Of a DNA stretch of 64,000 nucleotides, positions 41,130-54,708 are shown one piece after another. This stretch comes from Eledone cirrhosa. Its lineage: Eukaryota. The stretch lies in assembly GCA_964016885.1 (NCBI GenBank), contig CAXHJY010000929.1, positions 1 to 64,000 on the forward strand. The letters run 5' to 3'. How positions within the stretch are numbered: the stretch's first letter is position 1; each line of letters starts with the position of its first letter. Below the pieces are notes generated by a model, which saw nothing but the letters and a program-made list of their open reading frames with translations, did not search any database and was not told where the DNA came from. The translations under genes were made by a program, and so were the position numbers.

Positions 41130-43886
41130 TATTTATAAATAACTCAATATCTAAAAGTCAAACCATTAAAAAAAGTTAAGTGTTTTAATGTAAAATTAGA
41201 GAGATTGATTGGAATGTCCTTGTCAAACTAAAATGACTTATAGACCCTTCATATTCTCTTTTTGCCAACCACACTATTTCAAGTGGCTGGCAATCTTTTA
41301 ATGTAATCAAGAATTTGACATCTTTAATATTAAAGATACTTTAAGCATATCACAGGGTCATCAAATGATTATGAATAGCATGAATGATATTTGTGTATGC
41401 ATATATGGCTATGTATCGTTTTATTGTAAAGTCACTTAACCTTTAACTCTACAAATTATTTCAGCAGTGCTGGTATATCTTTAATATTGGTGCTGCAATT
41501 AAATACACCCAGTACACTCTGTAAAGTAGTTGTGTTATCTTTCATATTGGTGGTGCATAAAAAACACCCAGTACACTCTGTAAAGTAGTTGGTGTTAAGA
41601 AGGGCATCCAGTGATATTTTTAATATTGATGCTGCAATAAAATACACCTAGTACACTCTGTAAAGTGGTTGGTGTTAAGAAGAACATCCAGTCATAGAAA
41701 TCATGTCAAAAGGATATTGAGTGAGACATGTTCCTCCAGTTTCTCTATTGGTTGTGTTGATATTGATGGGGGTGGTGGTAACACAACCTTTATTATCATC
41801 GTCACCATTATCATCTTCATCATCAGCAGCAGCATCATCTTTATATTCATTATTACCATTATTACCATCATCATCATCTTCATCATCACCACCTTCTCTG
41901 CCACATTCATCATCTTTATTACTACCACCACCACCTCTTCCACCATATTCAATCATAATCAACAACATCATTCCCCATCTCTGTCACCACAACCACCCAC
42001 GATCTACCATCACCCACCATCCACCAACACAACCCAACACCACCACCACAGAACCAAGAAATCAAAGATTTTGAAATGTCAATCTTTTATTTGACCTTTT
42101 GTGAGTGTTTTATTTATTTATTTGTTTGTTTAACCTCTGTCTTATTTCCAAAGATTCTCACCAGTTCTTTCCCAGATATTTCATCTGATTCTGATTTTAT
42201 CATCATTTTGTGTAACTTTGGAAGATGCTGCCACTGAAGAAATGTTGATGGAATCATTGAGTTAGAAAATAATTGTATATTATGACCAATTTAATAAAAA
42301 AAAAAAAACTCTTTCAATCTCAACAATGAGTGTTCCAGTTGCTCAATTGATGGGACAGCTTGCTCGTGAAATTGACCTTTTAGTTACCAACCTGGCCAAA
42401 ACAGGCTCTGGTACTGTGAAACAAAACCACTCATTTTAAAGGTTTTTAATTTAAATTAAAATCTTCCAACATAATTTTTATAAGAATCTTACATTAAGTT
42501 ACTATCTTAGTAATGAAATAATTGATAATTTTAGTAAATCCCTCAAAATTCTTCATTAATTAATTAATTAAAATAGAGTGTAAATCATTAGAAATATGGT
42601 CCTGAAAGGGTTATTGTGTGAGTGACTGAGTATTTCATAGACACATGCAGGGTCAAATTTAGACCTTGTGGGGCGTGGGACAGTTCAGGTTTTGTGGTGG
42701 GGGTCACACTAAAAAATTAGAAATTCTCCGATTTTACATATCAAAGTTTGCTTACCACAAGTTATTGGAACTGAAAAGTTATACATGCAGATATTAAATT
42801 AAAAAATTCTAACAATCCCTTAAGGATGTTCAGTATGGCCCTCAGAACAAGATAAGAATTATGCCCTTATCTAGCAGATTGCACGTAACCAGCAACTGCA
42901 TGAGGATTTTTTGCTTCAAATATTTGTACCAATATTTATATTATAATTTATATTATAAAAGGAAATCTGTTTCTCTGTCTATCAAACTTCATATGTATAT
43001 ATGTGTGTGTATTGTGCGTGTGTGTGGAAAAAAAATTCAACATATAGGCAACGCAACCTCAAAAAAGGGCAAAAAACGTGTGTGTGTGTGTGTTTCTCTA
43101 TGTCCTTCAACATAGATTCAAAAAACTTTCTCTGAAAAAAGTGAGTGTGTCTAATGAGTTTTGATTGAAAATGCGGCAATTTTAAGTGCAAGTCTGTCAT
43201 CAGAAAAATGTGAACTGTCTTCAATAGTATGGATAATTCTGATATGTGGCCTTCATCTAAATTTGGAATGTTAATGTGGCCCTTTCATGCAAAAAGGTTG
43301 GGGACACTTGTTCTAAATGGTTTCCTTCAACCCAGTTTCACTCACAAGGCATGGGTCAACTTCAGGCTATGTTAAATGACATTTGGCCAAGATACCATGC
43401 AATGGGATTAAACCCAAACCCTAATGTTTGAAAAGCAGACTTCTTAATCATTCGACCATGTTGTGTCCACTCTGACCAAAAGAACTGACCTTAGGTCAGA
43501 TTAATCTGAAATTATCAAAGTCAGCTGAGGGAGGGGGCTCTGAACTATCTATCTATCTATCTATCTCTGTGTCTTTCTCTTCAACTTTACCCTCTCTCCC
43601 ACCCTTTTCAATTCCACCTCTCTTTTATCCTTCCCCCCACTCTCTCAAAAAATGACAAATACATCATCCAAATTTAACAAATAATATAGAACGAATAACA
43701 GAAAAAAAACAAATAATAGTAACATGAAAAATTGATCTTTAATCTCATATAAACATACTGGACAGTTATGGTTCATCAAAGAAGTCCAGCTTATATTCAT
43801 TCTCCCACTGATTCCCATATACTTGTTTCTACCAGACTTATCTATCCATTTCAGTCAGGCATATGTACATATATACATGCATATAT

Positions 43887-45260
43887 TTGGAACTTCTGGA
43901 ACTCTCACAGGCTTATCCGGCCCTCGCAATTTGGATTTATCCCCAACTCCAGCTGCTGTGATCAACTTATCGAGTTTCTTGAAGACATCACCCGGATCAC
44001 TGATGGCGGCTCATGGGTGGATGCTGTTTACCTTGACTTTGCGAAAGCCTTCAATTCTGTGCCACACAAAAGGCTTATGGCAAAACTCTCTGCAATGGGT
44101 GTGAAGGATGATCTTTATAACTGGTTGAAGTCCTTCATTCTCAGTCGAAGAGAGGTAGTCACGGTTCTGGAACAGCATTCCTCACCATATGAGATGTCAT
44201 CTGGTGTACCACAGGGATCTGTTCTTGGCCCCCTTTTGTTTGTGGCATATATTAATGACATAGATGCCAACTTAAAGAATGCCACAGTACTAAAGTACGC
44301 AGATGACATCAAGCTGTAACTTGAGATAAAAAGGACAGATCCTGAACACTATAGATCTTGCTTGCAGTCTGACCTGGACACAATGCAACAATGGATCTCA
44401 GACTGGCAACTCAAGCTAGCTGTGGACAAGTGCACCACCATGCATTTTGGGAGTAAAAACCCAGCGCCCACATACTCCCTCCACAGCACTAATATCAAGA
44501 AGTCTTCTTGTGAACGTGACCTGGGCATTACGGTCAGTAGCGATTTGCGTTGGATGAAGCACGTCTCTAAAATTGTCAAGAGGGCTGAGGGTATCTTAGC
44601 ATCACTCAACAAGACCTTTGTCAGCCGTTCTCCAGCTATCTATTTAAGGTTGTACATGGCTATGGTGCAGCCACACTTAGAATTTGCATCACCAGTCTGG
44701 AACCCCTATCTTGCTCAGAACATTGACCGCCTGGAAACTGTTCAGACGTGCAACCAAGCGAATACCCTCCATCAGGCATCTACCATACTCTGAACGCCTT
44801 GCTTCCTTGGGCATGGATACATTGAAGCTCCGACGCCTGGCAACTGACTTGGTAAACACCCACAAAATTGTTAACCATCTTGCCAACAACAACCTTGAGT
44901 ACCTTTTTGATTTCCATGTGTCTAATACACGTGGACATGCCCACAAAGTCAGAAAACAGCACAGTTCCCATGACTTTCGGAAACATTTTTTCACGCTCAG
45001 AGTTGCTAAAGCATGGAACAAACTACCTGCATCAGTTGTTAGCTGTCGAGACACTGCATCCTTTAAAACCTCAATGCTTCCCGAGATTCGCCAACACTAC
45101 ACCTAATGTTCCCCCTCCATACACATACACACATGTATATCATGACTCATACACTATTCACTTCCCTGACATTTGTATATTATTCTATGTACTATACATG
45201 CACCTTTGACGAGTTGTAGTGCACCTGAGCACTTTACACAATAATTTCATTATTATTATT
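43887..45260 (+). mobile_element. CR1-type LINE, 5'-truncated, RT disrupted by a stop (44317-44319) and a frameshift (about 44740), (ATT)n tail
   Basis: QFGF, YLDFAKAFNSVPH, SGVPQGSVLGP, YADD, ERDLG, PHLEFASPVWNPY, FFTLRVAKAWNKLP. Confidence 0.92.
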
Positions 45261-45293
45261 TTTTTCATTATTATTATATATATATATATATAT

Positions 45294-46797
45294 CAGTAAT
45301 CTGGTGGGCTCTTAGAAAACTAGGAGTAGATGAATGGCTTGTGAAAGCGGTACAAGCCATGTATAGGGGAGCAGTCAGCAAAGTTAGGATTAGCAATGAG
45401 TATAGCGAGGAATTTAGCGTACAGGTTGGGGTCCACCAGGGCTCTGTTCTTAGCCCTCTCCTGTTCATCATAGTCCTGCAGGCAATAACGGAGGAGTTTA
45501 AGACCGGATGCCCATGGGAACTCCTGTATGCTGATGACCTCGCACTCATAGCTGAATCTATGGTAGAACTAGAGAATAAATTCCAAACCTGGAAGCAGGG
45601 ACTAGAGAGAAAGGGCCTCAAAGTCAACATGACAAAGACTAAGGTCCTTATAAGTAGACGAGAAAACAGAACCCAGATCCCCTCAGGGAAATGGCCTTGC
45701 TCAGTATGTAGGAAAGGTGTAGGTAGGAACTCCATTCTCTGCCCCAAATGCAAACAATGGGAACACAAGAGATGTAGCGGGATCTCAGGAAGCTTAATTA
45801 AGAATGTAGGATTCACATGCAGCAGCTGTGCTGAAACAGCAAGCAAACAGCCACAGGAAACAAGTACCACCAATCTCTGGGAGGGCCCTGTAGAAACAGT
45901 AGACAGCTTCTGCTACCTAGGTGACCGAATTAGCAACGGAGGTGGGTGCTCAGAAAGTACAATAACTAGGGTAAGAACGGGATGGAAGAAGTTTAGGGAA
46001 CTACTACCACTGCTAGCTGCAAAAGGCTTCTCCCTCAGAATGAAAGGCAGACTGTATGATGCGTGTATCCGAACAGCGATGTTGCATGGTAGTGAGACCT
46101 GGGCGCTGAAGGTGGAAGACTTACGTAGATTAGAGAGAAACGAAGCCTGCATGCTCCGATGGATGTGTAACAGTAATATACGTGAACGACAAAGCATAAA
46201 GGAATTGAGAGAGAGACTGAGCATAAGAGGAATCAAATGCTGCGTGCAGGAGAGGCGGTTACGCTGGTATGGACATGTGATGCGTATGAAGGATGACAGC
46301 TGCATAAAAAGGTGCAGAGCACTAGAAGTTGATGGAAACCGCGGAGTGGGGAGACCCAAGATGACTTGGGATGAGGTGATAAAAGCCGACCTTACCCAAC
46401 TACACCTCTCAAAGTCAATGACACACGACCGTGACTTCTGGCGTCACGCAGTAATACAGGGTACCCGACCTCCCATGGGTACATGCTGAAGCATATAAAC
46501 AATATGCCCCCACTCCCCCCACCGCAAGGTGGTTGTGGAGGTGCCACGGCAAAAAAGCACCCAGCCCACACTGTAAAGTGGACGTGTAGGCGCCACGAAA
46601 AAGCACCCAGCACTCACTGTAAATGAGGTTGGTGTTAGGAAGGGCATCCAGCTGTAGAAATCAAGCCAGATCAGTTCCTGTATGAGCAAGGCATGGTCAG
46701 CCGACCAGACACTGCCCACAACAGGACAACCCGTCTAACCCATGCTAGCGTGGAAGAACGGACGTAAAACGGTGATGATGATGATGATGATGATGAT
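45294..46797 (+). mobile_element. RTE-clade LINE (sister subfamily), 5'-truncated, open RT/PHD frame to 46489, (GAT)n tail
   Basis: GVHQGSVLSP, YADD, C4HC3 finger, RRLRWYGHV; begins directly after (TA)n. Confidence 0.94.
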
Positions 46798-46831
46798 ACA
46801 TACACACACACATACATATATACATACATAC

Positions 46832-46994
46832 CAGACCTGTCAACCTCTAAAAACATAAACGGGGAAAAATGAGGCAAAATGGCTAGATTTTAGATAATGA
46901 AAGCTATACCCCTTTTCACAAGAGAAGACATCTCTCACCCACCCCAACGTGGGTGGGAGATCTCCCGGTCGGACAGGGAGAGTTGACAGGTTTG
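46832..46994. mobile_element. Small TIR element (hAT-like MITE)
   Basis: CAGACCTGTCAAC / GTTGACAGGTTTG termini; TSD unclear. Confidence 0.55.
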
Positions 46995-48011
46995 CGTACA
47001 TACATATTGCAAGTACAGTCGATTAATGGAACTGTAAAAGTATGTAAAACATTCCAGAAATTTAGTGTAAAATAACTACACGTATGGATATAGAAACATG
47101 TATATGTGCACATATAACTCAAAACAAACAGATCCACGCATGCAATGACATCCATACCTGCACACACACGACACATACATACTAGTTGATGCTTTCTAAA
47201 TTTCAATGAGTCTTAGAAACCGCCCCCCCCCCCTCTCGGTGAGAAAATAAAAAACAAAAATAGATCATACATACGTACAGGTACGCTTACATACCTGTAT
47301 GTATGAATACTAATTATATCCCCAGTAATTTTCTATTTATTTTAGCCAGTTTGGGCAGTAATGGATAGGCCAGACAGGAATATTATAGTACCAAGAGGCA
47401 GTAATTGTTAGAGTGGACGTAGCATGGTCGAACGAGTTCTCTTCGCAATCATTAAATTCAGGGTTTGAAACGATTGCGTGACATCTTGAACAAGTGTCAT
47501 TTACTATAGCTTTGGCTTGACCCACGTCTGCTGTGTGAAACTAGATGTACCGAAGCTGTTTCGGAGCCCGTAAGATGGACAGTAACAGTAATTCAAAAGG
47601 CCAGCGTTGTCTCACAGTGACATGCTGAATATCTATGAGAATTATGTTAAGGGTTCACGTGTCTATGGAATGATCAGCCGATTAAACGTTAATTTCATGT
47701 GCAAGCTGTTTCATTGATCGAACAACTGGAATAATCATCGTCGAAATCATTCTGAATTCAACTTTGCCTTTTGATGTCTACCTGAGTTTCGCATTTCAGA
47801 ACGGCCGAGCGAATAATAATAATTTCTTTATTGATCATATTCAGCACAGCAGATATGTATGGAATTATAATATAAGAGGGGGGACATTAACTTCTAAATG
47901 ACGGGACAAAACGAGAGAGAGAGACACGTGCCTGGTTGCGTGGATATATTCAATGATACAAGAAAAGACATACAACATTTAATACTTAATAACCTAGCGA
48001 AATGGAGAGAT

Positions 48012-48021
48012 CTGATTGGTT
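48012..48021 (-). promoter_or_regulatory. Inverted CCAAT (NF-Y-like) box upstream of the TCERG1 ATG
   Basis: CTGATTGGTT about 75 bp upstream of the start codon, in a locally CpG-richer, repeat-free stretch. Confidence 0.4.
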
Positions 48022-48090
48022 GAAAAGATCGAGTTGTTAATCCTTACCCACAATTCCATGCGCTTCTCTCCCTTGTAGGTACACGACGTA

Positions 48091-48254
48091 ATGGCGGAAG
48101 ACAATACATCTTCTTCGGCTTCAAATGTTTCAAACAACCAAGACTCGCATAAGCCAGATAATGATGGCTATAAATCACCGATGGGGAATAGATACCCAAT
48201 GGGACCCGGTCCTCCTAGAGGTCCCAGAGGTGGCTTTGGTATGAGAGGTCCCAG
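48091..48254 (+). CDS. TCERG1: TCERG1 first coding exon (MAEDNTSSSASNVS...GPGPPRGPRGGFGMRGP)
   Basis: gtaATGGCG start, open frame, ccAG|GTGAGA donor in phase 2 matching the exon at 59905; 'MAE' start as in CA150; not in the ORF track. Confidence 0.82.
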
Positions 48255-48749
48255 GTGAGAATTTATCATTCAATGTCTATATGTGATATGAATGTCTCTT
48301 GTAGATTCATGTAATATAATATATTCAAGTCTTTAATTTATCTTGCGATGTGTTCTCCCTCTATGTGAACAGAACGTGTTTTTTAAACTCCATATTTTAC
48401 AAAAAATATTTTATTTTAAACAAAGAAACAGACATGTTAATAAAAGATGCTTATTACTGCTTTCGTTACTCATACGACTTACCTATCTCTATAATATATA
48501 GTCTCTCTCTCTATATATATAGTGCGCGTATATGTCTTTCTAAATATAATTTTTTTCTACGCTAGTCTATTTATCTGTCAGTCTCTATCACTTTCTATGT
48601 ATATAGCATGTGTATCTATCTCCCACTATATAATGTCTTTACCTGTCCCTCCCTCTCTATATGTAGTCCATCTCTCTCTCCCTCTCTTTCTATATAGTGC
48701 ATCTCTCACTCACCCTCTCTCTCTCGATATATATATATATTCAATGTGT

Positions 48750-48780
<31 letters not shown>

Positions 48781-49211
48781 TACTCATGTATATCTGTCTA
48801 TATGTGTGTGTTTATAAAATGGTGATCTATGTAGGTGATGGGTTATTTATTAGAAGAAATCTATGTGTGTAATTTTGAATTCAAGTGTGGAAAATTCCTA
48901 CAGCCATTCTTTATCACTAATTTATTTTTCATAAAAATACACCGGGAGAAAAATGTTTACACACACACACACATATATTATATATATATTTATATACATC
49001 TCGTGTGTAGGTTTCGATTTAAATAATTGTTTCTACTTTTGGCACAAGGCCAGCAAATACTCAGTGCATTACTGGTACTTTATTTTATCGACCCTGTAAG
49101 AATGAAAGGCGAAGTTAACCTCGGCGGGATTTGAACTCCGAATGGCAAGGGCCGTAACTATGCGTCAAAGCATGGCGTCCGACTATCTACCGATACTGCC
49201 AACATATATTA

Positions 49212-49248
<37 letters not shown>

Positions 49249-49796
49249 TACACGTCCAACCCTTGCAAGCAGGGAAAAGCGGACGTAAAATGATATATTT
49301 ATTTTTCATTAAAATTACATACACCAGGAGAAAAATCATGTGTGTACATTATATATATGTATATATTTCTCGTGTAGGTTTCGATGCAAATAATGATGAA
49401 GTGACTAAGCTGAAACTTCGAAGTCACTGCAGTTTTCTAGTTTTAAGTACTGGGTTATTTTAAAATCCTATTCTAATATATTTTTATATTAGAATGTTTT
49501 TGAAATATATATATATAGTGTGCGGTGCTGAGACCAGGGATTCCACTAATCATGGATATACATATATATATAAGAATGGGTTTTTTAAATAACCCAGTGC
49601 TTAAAACATTCAAACATTAACTTGTTAACTTGATGAATACTCAATATGCGTAGCTAGAGTGTATATTTTATTTTGTGAGTTGAAAAGTGGCAGTGACTTT
49701 GAAGTTTCAGTTTGGTCACTTCATTATCATTTGCATCGAACCTACAAATTACACGAGAAATACCGACTGCAAATGAAGAACAATGTGTGTGTGTGT

Positions 49797-49827
<31 letters not shown>

Positions 49828-50255
49828 ATCATCATCGTCCGCTTTTCCCTGCTACACACACGCAGGGTGTCCCGAAAAATGTATATACACTTTGTATATT
49901 TATGGCGTCATTGACTTGGCAGTCGATCTTTGAAGACAAAAATATATCGTCTGATTCACTGGATTTATTTTGCACTCTCTTCTCATAGATATGTGTGTGT
50001 AATAGAATAGGGGAGGCGAGGCGATTTGTACGTACATAACTCTTGTTATTAAGATGCATACTTATTGAGATCCACTCCCGCTTCGAGACGTCGCGGGCGA
50101 GGCCCTCACGTGTGTCTGTATATATGGACGAGATGTTGCTACTTGCTACTTGTGGCTAGTAAGACCATTATTCAAGTACGTACTCCAATGCTTAAGGGAA
50201 GTAGAGTGTAGGTATTATTAAAGAATAGAATACGCGCCAGTCAAGCCTAAACGTT

Positions 50256-50289
<34 letters not shown>

Positions 50290-50366
50290 TTCACAACAGT
50301 GTCATTAAGCAGATGCTCGAATTCTTTGGACTTAATATCAATTTATTCTGCCCCCATATTGTAATG

Positions 50367-50414
50367 GCAAACTGAATGAGTTGGTATTAAGACCAACGAA
50401 ACTCGAGTATCTGC
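50367..50414 (+). ncRNA. Minimal type-I hammerhead ribozyme-like motif (Penelope type), slightly degenerate
   Basis: gcaaa-CTGAATGA-GTTGGT(attaag)ACCAAC-GAAA-CTCGAG-TA-tctgc: 6-bp stem II, palindromic stem III, one extra base in the core. Confidence 0.6.
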
Positions 50415-51331
50415 TTAAGGCCACTGTTGTGAACTGATTATACATAACTCGTCCCACGAATAGAGATATGTAAATCCTTGGATATTTTATACCAAATTTT
50501 TAATATATATATTTGTGTGTGTGATGGAGTCTCCCGTCGAAAGCGGCGTGTGAGTGTTTAACAGGATATAAAGTAAAAGCAGATCCCAGACAAGAACCGG
50601 GTATTGGATTACAGCAAAGAAAATGTCCCAACGTTATTCCATTTGGTGTAATTTCAGGCTTGTAGCATTTTTACAGGGACTGACACTGCATGTCAAGTTT
50701 TCCAAAACACTGTGAATCCTGAGATGACTCTTAACCCAGCATTTGACCAAGCTGAAAAGTTGCCATGAAGACATTGATAGTTTCCAAGAACTAATTGTTT
50801 TCGATTTACATAAAACTGGTCTTGATGATGAATAGGTTCTTCAAAGTTATCAAACTTCATATGGCATTGCCTTTTCGAGGTGTTAATATTCATATTCAGA
50901 CGTTGCAAATTGTCCTTAAGCTTGTCTTTTAGGCGAAGTAGTAGTCATCCAACTTTTCTACAACAGTCTTTAAGTTGACCAAATAAAACTTGCTTTGGGG
51001 TTTTTTCATCATTCATTCTCAAATTGTGGGCATATTTTTCACTCTATCATCCCATTTTCTACCACAGATCTCACCTTAGACATCTCATGGAAACTGCTCT
51101 TGTGTGTGTGTGTGTATATATATATATGTTAAAAACAAAACAATAACGAAGAGTGCAGTACAAACTGTTAGTATTAGGTTCACGCTTATATATATATATA
51201 TATATATATGTATACACACACATATATAAACATACACAATGTATAGTGTTCAGATGTGCACATGCACACAGTGTCATACATACTTTGTGCATTTGGACAC
51301 CTGTGCACACATGCTATATCTCATATCCCTC

Positions 51332-51381
<50 letters not shown>

Positions 51382-52919
51382 TAGTACATATATATATATG
51401 TTCATACATATGTATTAGGACACCTCAACAGTGTTACTTGTCGGTAGATAGCAGTAGATTATAAGATAAAAATGGAAAAAAGCAATGTAATTAATAATGA
51501 AACCAGCAAAAATGAGGAATGTTAAAAAAATATATATATATATATATATAACTTGGCTTTCCTGAATTATCGAAATAGGAACATTCTTCAAAATAGTTTT
51601 ATACAGTGTTTACAATATTGTGCAGTATTATATACTGAGTTCAAATCCCTCCAAGGTTAACTTTGCCTTTCATCCTTACGGGGTCGATAAAATAAAGTAC
51701 CAGTAATGCACTGGGTAATTGATGGCCTTGTGCCTAAAGTAGAAACAATTATATACAATGTTTACTGTATTGTCTAGTATTATATACACTATTTACAGTA
51801 TTGTCTAGTTTTATATGCCTGTTATTTACAGTATTGTTTAGTATTATACATGTGGTTGGTGAAAGGATGAGCATCCCCAGTAGCAAACCATCCAGAGAGT
51901 CAAAAGGAACATGACATGTGAGTTGTGGTCTCTGTCACAGTTCAGTAACTCCGATCAAGTACTGACCGGGTGTAAGACAACCAACCTTGCTATTATGGAA
52001 AATGGACGTTTAATAATATTTGTTTCTTATCAATTGTTCTAAAATAAAGTACAGTGCTGTTAGCTGTTGTTCTGTCTTGCATGTTCAGACAAGCTTTTTT
52101 CACCTAATGCTATCAAACACTGATATTGATCTGATCTCTCTCTCTCTGCGTGTATATATGCCTAATCCATGCTAGTGTGGAAAATGGATGTTAAACGATG
52201 ATGGTATAATGTATATATATATGTGTGTGTATATATGTACTGTCATCGTTATTTTTACGTCCGTTTTTCCATTCCATGATTGCATGGGTTGGACAGGTCC
52301 TTCTCAACACAGCATCTCTCAACACGCCGCCTTCCTTCGTCATCTCGTCTGTGAGTCTCAGCAATTTGAGGTCAGCTCTCACCACCTCTGCCCAGGTCTT
52401 TCTGAGATTTCCTGGCACTTCACCTATAGATCATCCATGCACATCACGTCCATAACAACGCAGTCTTCTCTCCTGCACACCACCTCGGTGTATATACACA
52501 CACACACACACACACAGGATCTGGTTCTGCAGTTTCTGTGTACTATATGCAAACGGCATACCTGAGGCTATAGTACAAGCCCAAGGTGTCACAGCTGGGC
52601 TGAACCACATGCTTCTGAAGTAAAATTCTTAACCATACAGCTGTATATACATATATATCATGTGTATTTTTCTCTCCTCAACCTTCATTTTCCTTTTCTC
52701 ACAAGTATGAAACTAATAGGACTATGTTATTGTATGCCTGTGCATGTCTCTTACCTGTCTCTCTCTCTCATTCTTTCGTCTGAAATGTTAAGACCCTCTT
52801 CCTGCTATTTCAAGCATTAAACTAATATATTGTCTAACCCATGCTAGCGGGGAAGATAGACATTAAACGATGATGATGATGATTTCTTCTATATCCTGTT
52901 TGTGTTATTTCCGTTTACC

Positions 52920-52980
<61 letters not shown>

Positions 52981-53191
52981 TATATAGCATCAGATAGTTG
53001 ATGTTTATTGATTTGATAATAAGAATTAAAACTACATTCATAGGAACATCAACATTAAAAATATATAACAATTGTTTTAAGTATTTAACTGAAATTTGGT
53101 TAAAATGTTAACTAATAATAGATGGTTTTAATAGTTTATTCAGTATTATTAAACAGAATATAAATAGTGTTTTATATGAGAAATATTTCAA

Positions 53192-54291
53192 ACTAACAGC
53201 AGTACCCAGCGTTGCCTGGGTAGGTAATATCTGCTTTGATGATGAAAAGGTGTTGATCTTAGTGACTGCTTCTCGATGACTCATCTATGGCCACACACAG
53301 GCCATGCGGGAGAGGGTGGTGATGACCTCTATCACTAAGAAATGCGGGTGACTGACGAAAGGGCATGCTGGGGGAGGGAGGTAATGACCTCTAACACTAA
53401 GCCAAATTTCCTCACGCTACTTGATTGGAAACCGATGAATTCTCAAATACACAACTAAAAGCTCAGACGACGTCAGTGGCCATCGTTTTGCCTTTGACCA
53501 TCTATAAGATGTGAAATGATAGGTTCTATCGTAGTATAAAAGTTGAACTAAATAAGTTGATTTATGTGTGAGGTGGAGCTGAAGTTTCGAATTTGAACGA
53601 AATCGGTTGAAAAATGTGGGAGCTAATGATAGGTTCTATCGTAGTATAAAAGTTGAACCAAATAAATTGATTTATGTGTGTGGTGGAGCTGAAGTTTCGA
53701 ATTTGAATGAAATCGGTTGAAAAATGTGGGAGCTAGAGGCGAAAAGGTGGTATTTTCGAATATTTAAGCGGCTGCCACACCGTTCCTGAACAAAATACCC
53801 AAAATGTAAAGCCACTTTAAGATGTGAAATAATCAGATCTAGTTTAGTGTAAAATTTGAACAAAGTAGGTTGATTAATGTGGGAGCTAGAGCCGAAAAAG
53901 TGGAAATTTGAGTCTAAAAGTGGTATTTTTGAATATTTAAGCGGCTGCCACACTGTCCCTGAAGAAAAAATCCAAAATATAAAGCCATTACACGATGTGC
54001 AATGATAAATTCTATTCTGTTTTAAAATTTGAACGAAATCGGTGGCAAAATATGGGAGCTAGAGCCAAAAATCTTATTTTCGATACCTAAAAAAAGGTGC
54101 CACCCCCCACCCCCTACCGATTTTTATCTGCAGAATGACCCCGGAATAAAAAAACGATACGCCGATATATAGAAAACACTCCCCGATGACTAATCTATGA
54201 GCCTGTAAAGTTTCATGAAAATCAGTCGTCAGATGTAGGCCTCTATAGGTAATACCTAGACACACACACACATACTTAATTTTATATATAT
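53192..54291 (-). mobile_element. Non-autonomous Helitron-like element with internal ~110-bp tandem repeats
   Basis: Minus-strand 3' hairpin CCCAGGCAACGCTGGG close to a degenerate TAG end; 5' end TATATATAAAA...TGTGTGTG resembles the start at 20112; repeats at about 53510-54070. Confidence 0.62.
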
Positions 54292-54708
54292 ACAGTGAAG
54301 GCACATGGCTTAGTGGCTAGAGCATTGGCCTTGCAATTGAAAGGTTGTGAGTTCAATTCTCAGACCGGGTGGGATGTTGTTTCCTTGAGCAAGATACTTT
54401 ATTTTCACATTGCTCCAGTTTACTCAGCTGTAGAAATGAGATGATAGGGACTGGGGTCCATATCATTCCACTGCAAAGTGGTCATGGAGGTGCCACGGCA
54501 AAAATGCACCCAGCACTCACTGTAAATGAGGTTGGTGTTAGGAAGGGCATCCATCTGTAGAAATCGAGCCAGAATCAGTTCCCGTCTCACCCTTGCAAGC
54601 AGGGAAAAGCGGACGTAAAATGATGATGATGATGATACAGATTTGAAATGTCTGCAAATTTAGTATTATGAATGTAAGCATTGTAGTTCAAGTACTTTGT
54701 TTAAGATG

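Noticed and set aside
41669-42094. Ser/Thr/His-rich ORFs
   Set aside because: Derived from (CAT)n and (CAC)n simple repeats; no splice or homology support.
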